A stretch of 63,964 nucleotides of DNA, the filler included, from Basidioascus undulatus (Eukaryota): NCBI GenBank assembly GCA_000826855.1. It is 4 parts of 4 records of this genome, joined end to end, with 100 filler letters (N's around TTAATTAATTAA, not from the genome) between each part and the next. Parts side by side here need not be neighbours in the genome. Positions count along the whole stretch, not along the records: positions 11,255 to 42,834 come from JTLS01000104.1; 3 more parts are not named here. One strand, given 5' to 3'. This document shows positions 13,012-26,437 of this stretch, one piece after another; within the stretch, counting starts at the first letter, position 1; every line of letters starts with the position of its first letter. The position numbers and the translations under genes are program-made. The notes under the pieces are model-generated. The model did not search any database. It was not told where the DNA came from and worked only from the letters and a program-made list of their open reading frames with translations.

Positions 13012-14742
13012 TAGAGGGGTTGCCGGAGGGGAGAGCTGTGTTGTGCATCAATCAACAGGCTGGGTTTGAATGGTCCACAAGGACATTGGAGCCCTGCCGA
13101 CCTGCTTGGAATGCTTTGCAGAAGACTGAGAATGGGAGGCGTGGCTGAGTAGGACGACGGCTCATCTTCCGCTTCTGATCATGAGCAGGCGCAAGAGATG
13201 TCCCACTCGCGGTCCAGCGAGAGGTTCAGTACCAATGTGGCCCAGTGCAAACTGATGCCTTATCCTCTTCCTCTTTCTCTTTCTCGGAACGAGCTGCGGC
13301 AGTGCCATGCGCGCTGCCCTGCGCCAGGTTCCCGTCACCTTCCCTTAACAGAGTGCAGAAGAGTGAAAAAGAATCCAGGCGCATTCACGGTGTCGTCCCC
13401 GCGTGCGCTGTCCTGAAGACAGCTTTCACGCAACTTTCCCATGAAATAGACTGTCTATGTAGCGTTACAGCAATGCTGGCGCCTGTCTTTTCACGGTAGG
13501 CTTTCCGCCATCCATGGAACTCAGGCTGCCAACTCCACGGTTTGGGACGCAGCCATCTCAACTACCTGCACCTGTTCATGCCTGTGCCTCATTCTTGAAG
13601 ACGTGTTGCGTAAACCTTTGAACCACTTCAAGGCTCAGAACACTTAGCCAACATGCCGTTTTTTTCCCCTTCGGAATATCGCTGCCCTTGTGAAAATCTG
13701 CAAGTTGGTGCGGATGGACGAGTCCAGTACTGAAAGCATGGATCAAAGACGTGCGATGTGTGGCCCGGACCGGGAGCTGGTTGGCAGGTACGACGACCGA
13801 AGAAGCTCTCCGTGACTTCTACATTCCCATATTCTAGGGGTCCACATGGACTGATACATCCTAGTAAACACCCGAGGATTGGTATTGAGGCGTGCCGTGC
13901 GCAGCACAAATCTGTTGCAGAGCTTGCGGACGTCTGCCCGGACGTTTGAAAGAACAGTCCCATCTTCAGAGTAGATTGCACTTGGCCACTCCCTGTGTCA
14001 GGCCAAATTTAAGGTGTCGTGGTATACCCATGCAGCCACGGTGCGTGGGGGGAGGCTTTGGGAGCACGAAGCGTTGGGCTGGCATTTCTCTGCGACACGA
14101 AGAGTCCTGAGGGACGAACTTTTTGGTTTTCCAAGGTGGTTGGGTTACTTGGGCGAATTGTTGACGCGCCGCCGGATTGGTGTGCTTTGAAGCTCGCCGT
14201 CGCTGCGTAGGTGCTCGAACTTCAGTTCCACAATACTTCCAAGCCCTCATGGGACAATGTGCTTCTCTCCTATCCAGGGGCTTCACGCGAGACGCGACCT
14301 CGCCCGTTCGGCCTGGCAACGCCTCCGCTTCCGTCGCCCACTGCCGAGCGGATCGAAGGACTGAAAGTATTGCCTCTCCTTTCACAGAAAAATATATCAA
14401 TATACCATGACCCAGCATTCCTTCCATAGATAGCGTTCCTCCCATCCGACAGTCGACTATCGGACATGGCAACTCGCAGGCCGAGGCACCTTGCTTGCCC
14501 TTGTGGCTTTCTGAGACCCGGAGGGCGTCGCGCACCAATCTGGTATTGCGGCCTCCTCCTGAGCCCGGAGGACCAGAAACTCATCTTACCTCCGGGCATG
14601 CTCGAGTAAATGCCCGATAGGCGTGCCAACTAGTCGGGTAGCTGGCTTCAACGGTCACTCTTAAACCTCGTCTGCGTCCGCTCCTTGACCTCCAACCACA
14701 CCTCCCATACCGGCTTCTTCGTTACTTCTGACCATCACCAAA

Positions 14743-15264
14743 ATGGCTTCTCATCCTTTTCAAGCGCTCATTGCCGGTACCCGCAGCCTCTACAACGTTC
14801 CCGAGACGCGGAACCCCATCGCGCTCGAGGTCAAGGGAGAGGTGCGCGCGGTGGACGCGGGGGCGGAGCTAACCATCCTCCTCGCTAGCAGAGTCCTCTA
14901 CCGCACCGGGCCGGGCAACGTATTCCATCCCACTCGACAAGCCGAAGGGTGGGAAGGAGACGTACGAGATCCAGGTATGTTTTACAATACTATTTTGCCT
15001 ATACCACAAGCTGATAGAATTCCACCCTGTCAGCACTGGTTTGACGGTGTGAATTCTTTGAAATTGCCTAGTCTCGGTTGTAATAGGCTGATCAAGGTTA
15101 TTGGGTCAGGACTCGGACATGCTCACCGTTACGAGATTAAAGACGGCAAGGTCTCGTACCGGTCTCGTAAGACCACAAGGCGGATCATCAAGAGCGGTGA
15201 AGAAAAAAAACCCTGTAACCGCGCACGAATGAGTCTCCTTGAGTCTCCACCTCCGAAAACCTAG
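14743..15264 (+). pseudogene. Carotenoid cleavage oxygenase (RPE65 family) 5' fragment
   Basis: NVPETRNPIALEVKGE..VLYRTGPG..HWFDG-LGHAHRYEIKDGKVSYRSR matches the CCO N-terminus; the IPxWL segment is missing and no further exons follow. Confidence 0.75.
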
Positions 15265-16357
15265 TTGTCATTACCTATTCCATCCCTGTGCCCTGCTGTC
15301 CTTGGTCCTCTTCTCCGCCTCATCTTCTACAGAAAGACAAAGTCATAATTATATCTGGCTGATATGCAGCACAGGAGGAGGATGATGCTTGATGATGCTC
15401 CCCGCGAGACTTCGGCGTTTTCAACCATCGCCGCGCTCTGAAATACTCACCGCAACCGACTGGGATCCTCGCTTTTCAATTGAGATGGAATACTCACTCA
15501 GATCGACAAGACACTTTCTTGCTCAATCTTGACCGCAGTTGTGATACTCTCTGGAGGAGAAACACTGCAAAGCAGTCGAAGTGGGTGGAGGCGCTACCTG
15601 GCGTTCGTGGCGCGTGCCCGGTGTCCCACCCGCTGCATCCCGAAAATCGCGGCTACGCGCGGTGCGCGCATGAAAGTTGAACCCTTACGGTCGATCTTTT
15701 CCGAATAAAGTACTTGCCAAGGAAGTGCTTCTGGAAGCTGAACTCACTGAACTGCTCGCGTGGGCGGTTTGTGTGCACACACCGGCGAGTGAAGGTTGTG
15801 CGTCCCGGAAAAACTGGGACCGGCCCGCATGCATATGGGCTTTACTTACCATCCTCCGCATTGTATATCTATCCCGTAGGAGTTCAAATTACCAAGTTGT
15901 ACACCATGAAGCGACGACGGTTGCCAGATGCCTCGCTCACTGAGGTGCTGTCGCGCTCACGCGATGAATCGCTTCGGCTACACCTCTCTTCTTTTCACGG
16001 TCGGACATACATTCGCAGCCGCTGTAACCAAACATTCCTACCCTCCGTACAGGTTGGTAACACTGAATGTAGCGGAGTTGTGAGAGTCGTGATGGCAACC
16101 TCCACTTGCACGCTTGCAATGAGCGCTAGTATACTACCATACCAAAGTGCAATTTCAGAATAAGCTCCGTCGGCATTGCCTTGCACGTGACAGAAAACGG
16201 ACGCTTTTGAGGTTTGGAGACTGGAGACCCGCGGAGCCTCTCAAGGGCTTGCAGCCGCCCCCGCTCTCTGCCCCTTGCTCGCTTGCACTCGGCAGTCGCC
16301 CACACTGAGCCTTCGTTTGGCCGCACACAACCAACATCCAGGATCTCCAACCGCATT

Positions 16358-18053
16358 ATGCACCCCGCGCCGTCGCGTTCGCCGCCTCCAATAGTGACGA
16401 CGGCACAGGCATCGACAGCGAGCGCATCTTCCACGTCTTTCTCGTCCCAAGCTGCCGATTGCGCTTCAGGCTGGCCTTCTGCCCTTCCGCCTCCAGTCGA
16501 GGACAAGCCCGTATTCCGATGCCACAGCTGCGACAAGACTTTCTCTCGCTCTGAACATCTCGTGCGGCATGTACGTCATCTTTCCCAGTCCTTCATAAAC
16601 GGTCCGAAGCTCACCGTTCGTTGTGTTCCTGAAGGAGAACAGCGCTCGTACGTGTGTCTGCTTGGAAGGTCGCAGCCAGGGGGGCTTATGTCTTGCGGTT
16701 GGAACGGTGCGAGAAATATAAGACGGGACGCAACGGCCGTATTTGTGCGTCCGTCTCTGCCCCTCCTTTCGCTCAAGATGCTCATCGAATCCGGTAAAGG
16801 TGCGGCCTCTGCGGAAAGAGCTTCAAGCGCAGGTCAGGCTTTCCTTTCTGTCTGTCTTGGGTCTTCCATCTCCTTCGATCTATCTCACATTCATCTCGCA
16901 ACAGCGATGTACTCGCTCGGCATGTCGCTCTACATAAGAATCCGCCTCCGGATTCGACAGGTGCGAGCGGCTCTGGCCCGCCCAAGCGTCCGCGTCTGCA
17001 TCGCGCTTGCGAGTCGTGCTCGAGCGCGAAAGTCCGCTGCGATGGTGCGAAGCCAGCCTGCTGTATGTTTACCGCCGTGACCCTCCTCTGTCCCTTTCCC
17101 GAGGCGGCTGACATTCGGCGAGCCTCGTCAAGCGCGATGTCGAGACAAGCAAATCCAGTGCAGCTTCTCAAAGGCGGACAAACACGCTCCTCTTCCTGTG
17201 CTAGGGAGCGACGACGGCAGGAGCGGGCCGGTCACAGCCAGCTCTTCCTCCGGACCGACACCTGATTCGGCGAAGCACCGTAAGTCGTTGCACGAAACTT
17301 CCTTTACAGGCTCTCTCCGTGTTGACAGGCTTGCTTGAAATGCTCACGAAATTGTGTTACGCAGCTGTCACGACGCAGTCCTCACCTCCTGCGCCTTCCC
17401 CCGCCCCCGTTCCGCTCGCAGCCTACCAACGCTACGGCGCCCCCCCTCCACACCAACCGTCTCCCCTCGGCTCGTACCTTCGCGCCGCGGCAGTAGCCGC
17501 AGACGCACCGAAACCGCAGTCGAGCCAGCCTCCGCCGTCGCACACCGACGCAGCGCCGTCTACAAGCCACGCCGCTTACGTTGTAAGCGGGCTACCGACG
17601 CTCTATCCGTATGCTGCAGCATACCAACCACCGCAGCTGCAGCAGCTGCAGCAGTCGTATCAGCAGGTGCAGCATAATCTTCCTCCTCCGCCACAGGCGC
17701 CGCAGGCTCCAACATACTTCTACACGCCTCACAGCTCGATCTACACCTCCTCACCCCTCACGTCCGCATCCTACCCGAGCATCGCACCCTATCCCTCCAC
17801 CTCCGCACCTCCGCCTCAGCCACAGCCGTACATCCCAGTATCAACCTCCCTCCCCCCTCTGGCGTCGTGGGCGCCTCAGCAGCAACAGCAACAGCAGCCG
17901 GGCGCCGATCGCGTGAACCTGCCCGCATCGCTGCGGAACATCATCTCGTCGGGACAGCCACGGCCTCCAGGGCAGCAGGGTGCGGCCGAGGCAGTCGACG
18001 GCCTGGGCGGGCAATATGTGGACGGCTTGCGAGGCACTGGCACTGGAATATGA
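16358..18053 (+). CDS. Transcription factor with two C2H2 fingers and a Zn(II)2Cys6 cluster
   Basis: Spliced: FRCHSCDKTFSRSEHLVRHENSAH-GTQRPYLCGLCGKSFKRSDVLARHVALH, then RACESCSSAKVRCDGAKPACSRCRDKQIQC, then a Pro/Gln-rich tail. Confidence 0.88.
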
Positions 18054-18318
18054 ATGGTAATACTACCATGCCACCATCTGGGAACTTTGGTTTGAAGCAG
18101 GCAGAGGCGCACACCTGAGCTTAAGGGTGATGAAAACAGTACGGTATAATGCGAAAAATGGTCAGGACACAAATGCGCAGGTGATGAGTAGGGTACGAAA
18201 TGCGAGCGAGACGGAACAGCAGAAACCACAAAGGCGAGGGAACGGAAGGTCTGAAGCGACAGTCTAAAGCGAAAGAGAAAGAGAACCAGCACGAGAGACG
18301 GGGAAGAATCCGAACTCC

Positions 18319-21300
18319 TCAGTTGCCCTTCTTCTTCTTCTTGGACTTGTTCTTCTTTTTGGTCGACCCCGTCTTGGTCGACGGCGTCGGGGTCGAGCTT
18401 GGCTCAGACGACGACTGCGCGACCGACATCGACGCAGCTGGAGCGGACGGCGCCGAATTGCCTGGCGGGGAAGTGGTAGGCTCGTCCGCGAGCGAAGTAA
18501 CGGCGGAGTCGATGGACGGGCTGGGACGAGTCGGGCTCTCAGGCGGCGGAGGGCTGGCGGTGTTGCGGCGCAGGAGGTTCTCCTTGAGGCCGCTCGCACC
18601 CGTCGAGAGCGTTCGGCCAAGCTCTGCAATATGTGTATCGGATTGAGCAACTGCGTTTGGAGGGACTTCTATGAAATCTTGCAAAAGACGCACTGCGAAG
18701 ACCACCCTGGGCGCTGAATCGCTTCTTGCGCTCGTCGCTGTCCGTGCGCGGGAACGCCGGCGGCGAGTCGACATAGGTGATGGAGCGGGACGCTTCGGGA
18801 GAGGCAGTCTGCGCGGAGTGTAAGGCAGTTAGCGTCTGGTCCCGGACCCTCTTCCTATGGGACGCAAGATAACCTGACTTACGCGTACAGAGCTGCTGTC
18901 GTCGATGCGCGATTCGCGGGACGTCCCAGTGACGGAGTCTTCAGGCTCCTGCTCAGTCGAGGGGAACGCGAGGCCGCCCGAGGGGCTCGGCGTCATAGGC
19001 GGGGCGGTTCCGTTAGAAGAAGCTGTCGTCTCCCTCGAGTGCTTCGTCGGCTCCTCAAGCGCCGTCTCCTCCACGGCCGGCGCCTCAGCGGCTGCGGGCG
19101 CCTCGAAAATGTTCTCCGCCTCGGGCTCGGGCGCATGCGTTGCGTGGGGCGGCGCCGGCGCTTCGGCGACCCCGATGTCCGGTTGGTCCTTGCCGACATT
19201 GCCCGCCTCCGCCTCCTGCTCAGCGATGACCTTCTCCTGCTCGGACGGCTGCGCCTCCAAGCTCGTGAAGGTCTGTTCATGCGGGTGTGGAGACGCGGGA
19301 GACGTAGGCAGCGAGCCGAGGGCGTTCTGGATCTCCTCAGCGTCCATTCCGGCCTGCGCCATCTCCTGGGCCTCTCCCTCGACCTGTTTACAGTAGCCGT
19401 CAACAGAAAGACATTACACAAGTTCAAGTTAAGTCAACAAGGAACGTACCTGCTTCGCCCACATCTCCGCAAAGTACCCGTTGAGAGCGAGGAGCTCGGA
19501 ATGCGTGCCTAAAGACGGTAGTGAGTACCAGCCGCTCAAAGCGTACGAGCGGGAAGACCAACTTACCCTGCTCGACGACCACTCCGTCCTTGACGAAAAG
19601 GATGAGGTCCGCTTTCGCGATAGTCTGTGCGATAAAAGGTCAGCGACAGCTGACATGCCCTAATTCGCTTCGGTCCGCGCTTACCGACAGACGGTGAGCA
19701 ACGATCAGAGTGGAGCGGCCCTCAGCCAGCGAAGCGAAAGCGCCCTGAATCTCGCGCTCAGTGTTGGTGTCCAAAGCGCTCGTCGCTGCAGCAAGACATG
19801 TCAGCCGCATTGGCAGCAACGGGGGTTCCCGGAGCAGCTCACCCTCGTCCAGGCAGAGAACCGGCGCATTCTTCAGCAGAGCACGCGCGATGGCAATCTA
19901 CGGGATGAGGTTGATGAGCTGATGATTGCACTCCTGCCTTTCCGACTTGTGGTTGACTAGACGTACGCGCTGCTTCTCGCCTCCAGATAGACGAACACCG
20001 CGCTCACCGACCTTGGTCTCGTACCCGTCGGGGAAGGTCGAGATGCGGTCGTGCATCTGCGCAGCCTTTGCGGCGCGAATGATCTCCTCATCTGTGGCGC
20101 CGTCGCCCTTGCCATAACTGCGGAGGGTCCGCTAGTCAACAGTGGTCTGGCAGAAGCCGCGAGGCGACTCGAGGCTCACCGAAGGTTGAAGGCAATCGTC
20201 TCGTTGAAAAGCGCACAGTCCTGGGGGATGATGGCGCTGTCGCATGAGTGTCAGCGGCAAGGCTTCGGATTGAAGAATTGAAGGCCTCTGAAAACTCACA
20301 TGTTCTTGCGCAGCGAGATCTGGCCAACGTCCCGGATATCTTGACCGTCTGCGTGCCGCCCCGGCGTCAGGTCTCCAGCCATCTAGTTTACATCGGCAAA
20401 GAGCGAGTGCGTACCGACTAGAATCGACCCCTCCTTGATGTCGTAGAACCGGTAGAGCAAGCGGAGGATGGTTGACTGCAACCAGGAGCGTCGGCCCTTT
20501 CAGTCAGCCATCCCGTACCTGCAAGCCGAAGTCACGACGCAATCTCACCTTCCCAGAACCCGACTCGCCGACGAGCGCAACCGATGCGCCGGGCGGGACC
20601 TTGAACGAGATGCCCTTGAGCGCGTCGACCTTGTCGTCGTACCTGTGCAACACTCCGCTTAGCCCTTCTGCAAAGTCTAAATCTAAATCAAACGCCGAAA
20701 GGAACGCACGAGAACCGAACGTCCTTGAACTCGATCTCGGCCTTAGACACAGCGAGGTCTGCGCGAGCGCTCGCTCGTCAGCATGCCATGCTCTATTGTC
20801 GGGCTAAAGCACGTTGGAAGGCGAAACAGCATACCAGGGGCGCCAGGCTTGTCGTTGATGTCGGTAGGCTCATTCAGGAGCTTCATGAGCTCTGGAAAGA
20901 CAGGGGTAAGTCAAAGGAAGATCAGTGCTGAAGGGTGCAGGCGCACTCTCGGAGTCGACAAGGCTGGTGTTGATGGAGCGGTACAGCTAAGGAGTGATGC
21001 GTCAGCAACAAGGTAAGTTGCAACGTGTGCCGTTCGCGGGGCGTACCATGCCAAGCTGGTTCAAGGGAGCGTAAAGCTGTAAAGACAAACGTGAGCGATA
21101 ATGCATTTGCGATTCGAAAAGCCGTTGTGGCGTACCTGACTGAGGAACGTCAGGAAGACGACGAACTCGGCGGGCTGTGCCTCGCCAGTCGTCACGCGGT
21201 ACGCTACGATGACGCTCCCGATGGTGAGGCCGAGGGTCTAGATTCACAACCACAACAGTCAGTGCTGCACGGAGGAGGGCGACGGGGAGTATGCCGCACG

Positions 21301-23762
21301 ATGATGATGTTCTGCGAGAGGTTGAGGGTGTACAGGGAGGCTGCCAAATCATGCCTAATCAGCACAGTGCATCCTCTGAGCGGAAGGAAGAACGGAGGGA
21401 CGCACTGATGACCTGACGCTCGACAGTCTGGAAGTCGTCGAACGCCTTGCGGTACCGGTTCGTTTCGTGTGCTTCGGCGGTGAAGTACTCTGGAAATAAT
21501 CACAAATGTGTGTTAGTTTCAGAGCGACATGACAATTCGAAATAGAAACACACTGATAGTCTCGTAGTTTAGGAGAGCGTCGGTGTAGATAGCGCGAGTG
21601 GCTGTTAAGCCACCCCTTTGGTGTCAGCTTATCCAGGTCTTGCGACGCACTGCGACGCACCAGTGTCCTTCTGCACCATGTCCCTGCGCAGCTGCGTGCG
21701 CCATTTAGTGAGCATGACGCTGACGTATCCGTACGCAAACATGATGGCGAAAATGAGGCCCGAGAGGAGCGGGCCGAACTTGAAGAGGAAGTAGCCGAGC
21801 GCGACGAAGATGTCGAGCAGGACAGGGAGGATGTTGAACAGAAGCATCTGCGGGTGGAAGACACGTGTGAGGACGCTGGGGCAAGGGGGGGGGGGAGTAA
21901 GCGATAGAGAAGCGCGAAGTCGGACCTGGAAAAAGTTGTTGCTGAGTGTAGGGAAGCAAGTCAGCACAGACTTCAGAGTTAGTGGGGGAACTGCAAGGCG
22001 CACAGCGCAGCTCCTTTCTGTAAGGAGCAGGTCGCAAGGTCAGCCGCGGTAACACGCGAGACAAAAGGCATTGAGATGCGGACGTCGAGAATGCGGAGGA
22101 TTTCTCCGGTTTTGCGGTGCGTGTGGAATGCGAGCGAGAGGTTGAGGAGATGTGTGAAGCAGTGGAATGACATCCGCGAGTCCTGTGCCAACGATGATGT
22201 GAGCGAAGGCATTATGAAAGAGAGATCCCTGGTAGCGCACCGTGAACTGCATAAGAGGCTGCGAGCGGTGGGGAAACAGTAAGCGAAGATACAGTGCAGA
22301 GGGAAACGGAAGATGAACGCACAATCCAGCAGATGTTCTGAATGACTTGGAGCAGTCCTCCGCTGCCCTGGAAGAATCGCAGGCCGACGTAGATGGCGAG
22401 GTGGCCCCACGGCGCTGGAGCGTCGAAGTATGATCAGTACCGACACAGGGTACGGCTATGAGCAGCTCTACAGCGTCCAGCGACGCACCGTTCCGCCCGC
22501 TCAGGTCTGCGATCACCTCTCCGAGCTCGATCGGCACGAGCGCGTTGACCACACGCCCGAGCATGAGGAGGCAGAAGCAGAAGAACTGTTGGCCCGTCGT
22601 CCCAATACATCAGCAACCTCGCTAGCCACGCGGAGAACCCTTTGCACAACGAACGCACCGCGGTGAGTTGGAGTTTGATCGACTCGGCCGGCCAGAGGAT
22701 CGGGAAAAGGATCGACAGCCTATGCACGAACCCCTTGAACCCGGAGCCCTCCTTGTCCTTCACCGCCTTCTCCTGCTCTCCAGCACCGCCGGGCGAGTCG
22801 CCCGCCGTGCTCGCAGCGGTCGAGGAGCCTCCCGCGCCGCCCGTTGTGATGTCACTCCCGCTCGCGTTGAGCGTGCCGTACTGCTTCGCGAAGCGGTGCT
22901 TGAGCGCGCTCTGCTCGTTCGGGTGTGCGGCGGCGCCGTCGCCGGACTCGAGCGCAGAGGGCGAGGATGCCGTACGCGGGGGCTGCGCGGGGAGGTATGC
23001 TGTGCGCGGAGAGAGGATGATGATGACCAGGAGGAAGAGCGCGAGGACGCGCGCGCTCGAGAAGGTCAGGTGGGCGATGTTGTAGGGCGTGAGGGTGGGG
23101 ACGCCTAGAGAGGAAGAAGCAAGACGGCCAGTCTCAGGCACGATGTCTCCGTGCCCCCTTCACTCTGTGCCCCTGGCCAGAAAAACCTGGTACTCACCGT
23201 GGCTCAGCGCAGCTGCCCACAGCCCAAGGAGCGCGACCTCAAACACGAGCGCAACGCCCGCGAAGACGGCGTTACGCTTCCCCCAAGCCGCGGCGCCCAG
23301 CGCGCGCTCGCGCGTCGCGAGGAGAAAGACAAACGCTGCGAAGGTAGCGAGGCTGCCGACATCATGCACGACCTGAGCGACCCACTCGCGGCCCTGGCCC
23401 TCCCAGCGCCCGAGGACGAGCGCGTGGGCGACGCTGATGCCCGCGTCGGCCGCGTACGAGAGGGCCGCGAGGGACGCAAGGATGTAGAACGGACCGCGGC
23501 GGGGTTCGCGGACGGCGATGATGACTGGGACGATGGGGCTCTCGGCGTGGGCGTCCGCGTCAGCCTCGCCTTCGAGGATGGGCGTGTACCCCGAGCGGCG
23601 GAAGCGGATGCCGAGCACGAGGGCCTTGAGTGCCGGGTAGACGACGGAGGAGATGAGCAGCAGAGCGAGGACGAGCGGCGCGAGGAGACGCAGGTAGAAG
23701 ACTGCGCTCAGCGGAGGGTCCGCCGACGCCGACGTCTGGGCGAAGGCTGGCGAGGATGGCAT
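18319..23762 (-). CDS. HMT1: Heavy-metal tolerance half-size ABC transporter (ABCB6/Hmt1 type)
   Basis: N-terminal TM extension; ABC TMD ([34 protein letters not shown]); Walker [41 protein letters not shown] and HRLS motifs; long low-complexity tail; many introns. Confidence 0.9.
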
Positions 23763-24472
23763 GACGAGGGTCGTGAGCGGGTTCGTGAAATTGGCGTTAG
23801 AACGAGAATAGCGCAAAGACAGAGATTATCGTGGTCCGTGAGCAGGGAAGCTAGATGCGCGGACTAGACGATACACGCGAAGCTTGACGGTGGAAGGCAG
23901 AGAGCGAGCGACCTCCGTCATGGAGAGCAGCCGTCCAGGACCGCAGCAGATCGGCCCGTTTCGCAAAGTTGCAACCAGGCTGTGTACCAATTTCTGACGG
24001 AACTTTTTCAACTTCAAAGCGATAAATGCATCAGAACTGATGGTTCACATTGCAAAAACACGCGCTTCGCGGCAAGGGCCGGACCACCTCTTGCCGTCCG
24101 AGCACACGCCCTCTCCGCTTGGTACAGCGACAAAAGCCGCGCAGGCGTGGAATACATGTACGAGGTAGACCGATAACGCACGAGCCAGGTAAAACACGGG
24201 GTGGTGGTACAAGATACAACAGAGTCTGCAGGCCGGGGAAATGACAGAGACAGTTGGGCAGGTTACACGAGGAAGGACGAAGGACAGGCAGTCAGAGCGA
24301 GCTGTTTTGGGAGGGAGTGGGACTAGTGTGCGGTGGGTGTGGATGCGGATGATCGATGCGGTGGGGTGATTGATGAACTGTGTAAAGGGTGGAATAAATT
24401 TATGATGCTATAATAAAGAGGAGGAATAGCAGGAACAGCAAAGAGAGCGAAGGGCAGGTGAGCGACCCGAGG

Positions 24473-25434
24473 TCACGCAACGCGCTGGATGGCACCGCAG
24501 TCGCTGCAACAGGAGATGAGAAGATGAGCTACTGAAGAGAATATCAGATTGGGTGGGCGGCTGCACGTACCGGCAAACCGAGTACATGCCGCGCTCGCCG
24601 TTGAGTCCGGCGCTCTGGGCGACCTGGAGGAGTGGGACCGACTTGCATCCAGGGCTGTCCCACCGACCAACGCAGTGCATCAGCGTCTTCGCCCCTCCTT
24701 CCTTGCCCAGAAAACGCGCTGGACTCACCCGTGCTGCATCCGGACCCTCTCCACCTCGTTGCTCGGCTCAACCACCATCGCGTCCGCGGCGTGAACGAAG
24801 CTCGCGGGCTGGAGGAGGCGCGCGGGGGGAGCGGCCGGCGCGGCGGCGTACGAGGGGGGCGCGCAGGGCGAACCCGGGCGGAGCGTGATGGGGCGCTGGT
24901 GCGGATACGGCTCGATCTTGGGGTAGAGCGGGGCTTGGGAGGCTGCTGCTTGCGCGGGAATGTGTCAGTTGGCTGAGTGGCCGGAAGAAGGAAGACGCTG
25001 TAGGGGAAGCGGGGGAAGGGGCGCGCTCACCGGACGGGATGAACGCGTTCGGCGTAGAAGGGCGGTAGAAGGGCGGGTGCCACTGCTGCGTGTTGTCCGC
25101 GCCATCGACATCTATCTCCATGTCCCTCGAGGCCGAAGGCGGTCGCATCACCTGCACGAGCGAGCGAGCACGCGCCGACGCGTCAGTCAGTCATTTCCCG
25201 ACGCGCGACGCGGATGTCCGTGCACGAAATTTGAGCAGCAAAACAGAAGACGCACCTTGCACGAACGCGGGGAGGACGCGCCCGCGGAGAGATCATCGAA
25301 CGTGCGCTTGCGCTTGCCAAAGGTGGAGAGGGCGGAGGTGGGCTGGGCGACAAGGAAGGACCTGTGGAAGGAGCGCGCAGTAAGCGAGCGGGTCGACGCG
25401 CGGAACGAAATGCGCTGGGGTACGCGTCGTACAT
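24473..25434 (-). CDS. Hypothetical protein, NLS-like GKRKR and a C-terminal Cys/His motif
   Basis: Spliced exons GKRKRTFDDL.., VMRPPSASRDMEID.., ..ERVRMQHG-PGCKSVPLL..MYSVCR-DCGAIQRVA stop. Start approximate. Confidence 0.55.
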
Positions 25435-26437
25435 GTTAAGCGTGCGCGGTGTGGGTGCGTGCGTCGGCGGTGGGTGGATGAACGAGAAGGGAGATATGGT
25501 GCAATAGAGAACGGAGATGTCGCGTGCGGAGATGGTGGTGGTTGAGGGTCAAGAGCAGAAAGCAGCAGAAGGGGATTTGTGTGAGCGCGAGCAGGAGTAC
25601 CAAATTCGGACTGTCAATGTCATGTGTGGCATGGGTCTGCATGTGACAGCCGCGGCCGCGCTGTCTCTGCCCGGCTACCCCAAACTCAAAATTAAAAATG
25701 ATCGGCTGTTGCGGCTGTAGATTCCTCTTCAACATCCGATCCTTCCCGGAAACGACGATCCACAGAGCAACCGCAGAAACCCTCAGCGAATTCGTTTGCA
25801 GGCGGCGCTTCCAGCTTCATTCCACAACCCCTCAGGACCTGAATGCCGGAGATGAACGCAGGAATGTTCTTACAGGAGAACTTTCGGGTACCCATCTCCA
25901 AGGACTGAAAAGCAGTCATCGGCAGCCGTCGCCATGCGGCCGCGAAATGGCTGCTCCTCTCCGAGATCTCACCGGCCTATGCGAAAGCTCCTTGCAGCCC
26001 GGATGCAAACGACCCCTGACGTAAAAACTTAGGAAATTCCGCGTCAAGTTGAATAAAGCTAGTTCCTTGACTTCCTGGGTGTACTGGAAAGTCCTGGTTT
26101 GCCCAGCTATATCGTGTGGGCGTTCTTTACCGCGGACTGGCAGGTCTGCTGAGAGTCACTAAGGGCACCGCATTGATCCGCATTTTATCGTTCTAAACTG
26201 ACGTCGTGATTTCGCTGAAAAAGAAACTGAATGGCATAAACCGCCAAAAGAATTTCCGGTGGTTCAGTCGGACACAGTAGTACCCGTCGCGAAGTATGCA
26301 GTATGCCTTCTGGCAGAGTGGCTTTGGACCCAGGAAGCACCCCACACATAAGTAAGGCGCTTGGTTTTCACCGCTTCAAACTTAATTCCAGGGTATTCAA
26401 GCCGTGGTGCGTGTTCCACCCGCGCCCGACCCGAACC

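Noticed and set aside
18905..19512. Long plus-strand ORFs antisense to HMT1 (and similar ones over SEC15, the F-box and TCP11 genes)
   Set aside because: Shadow ORFs caused by high GC3 codon bias on the real coding strand
14743..23762. Secondary-metabolite or detoxification cluster (oxygenase + TF + ABC transporter)
   Set aside because: The oxygenase is a fragment, HMT1 is a conserved housekeeping-type transporter and no backbone enzyme is present
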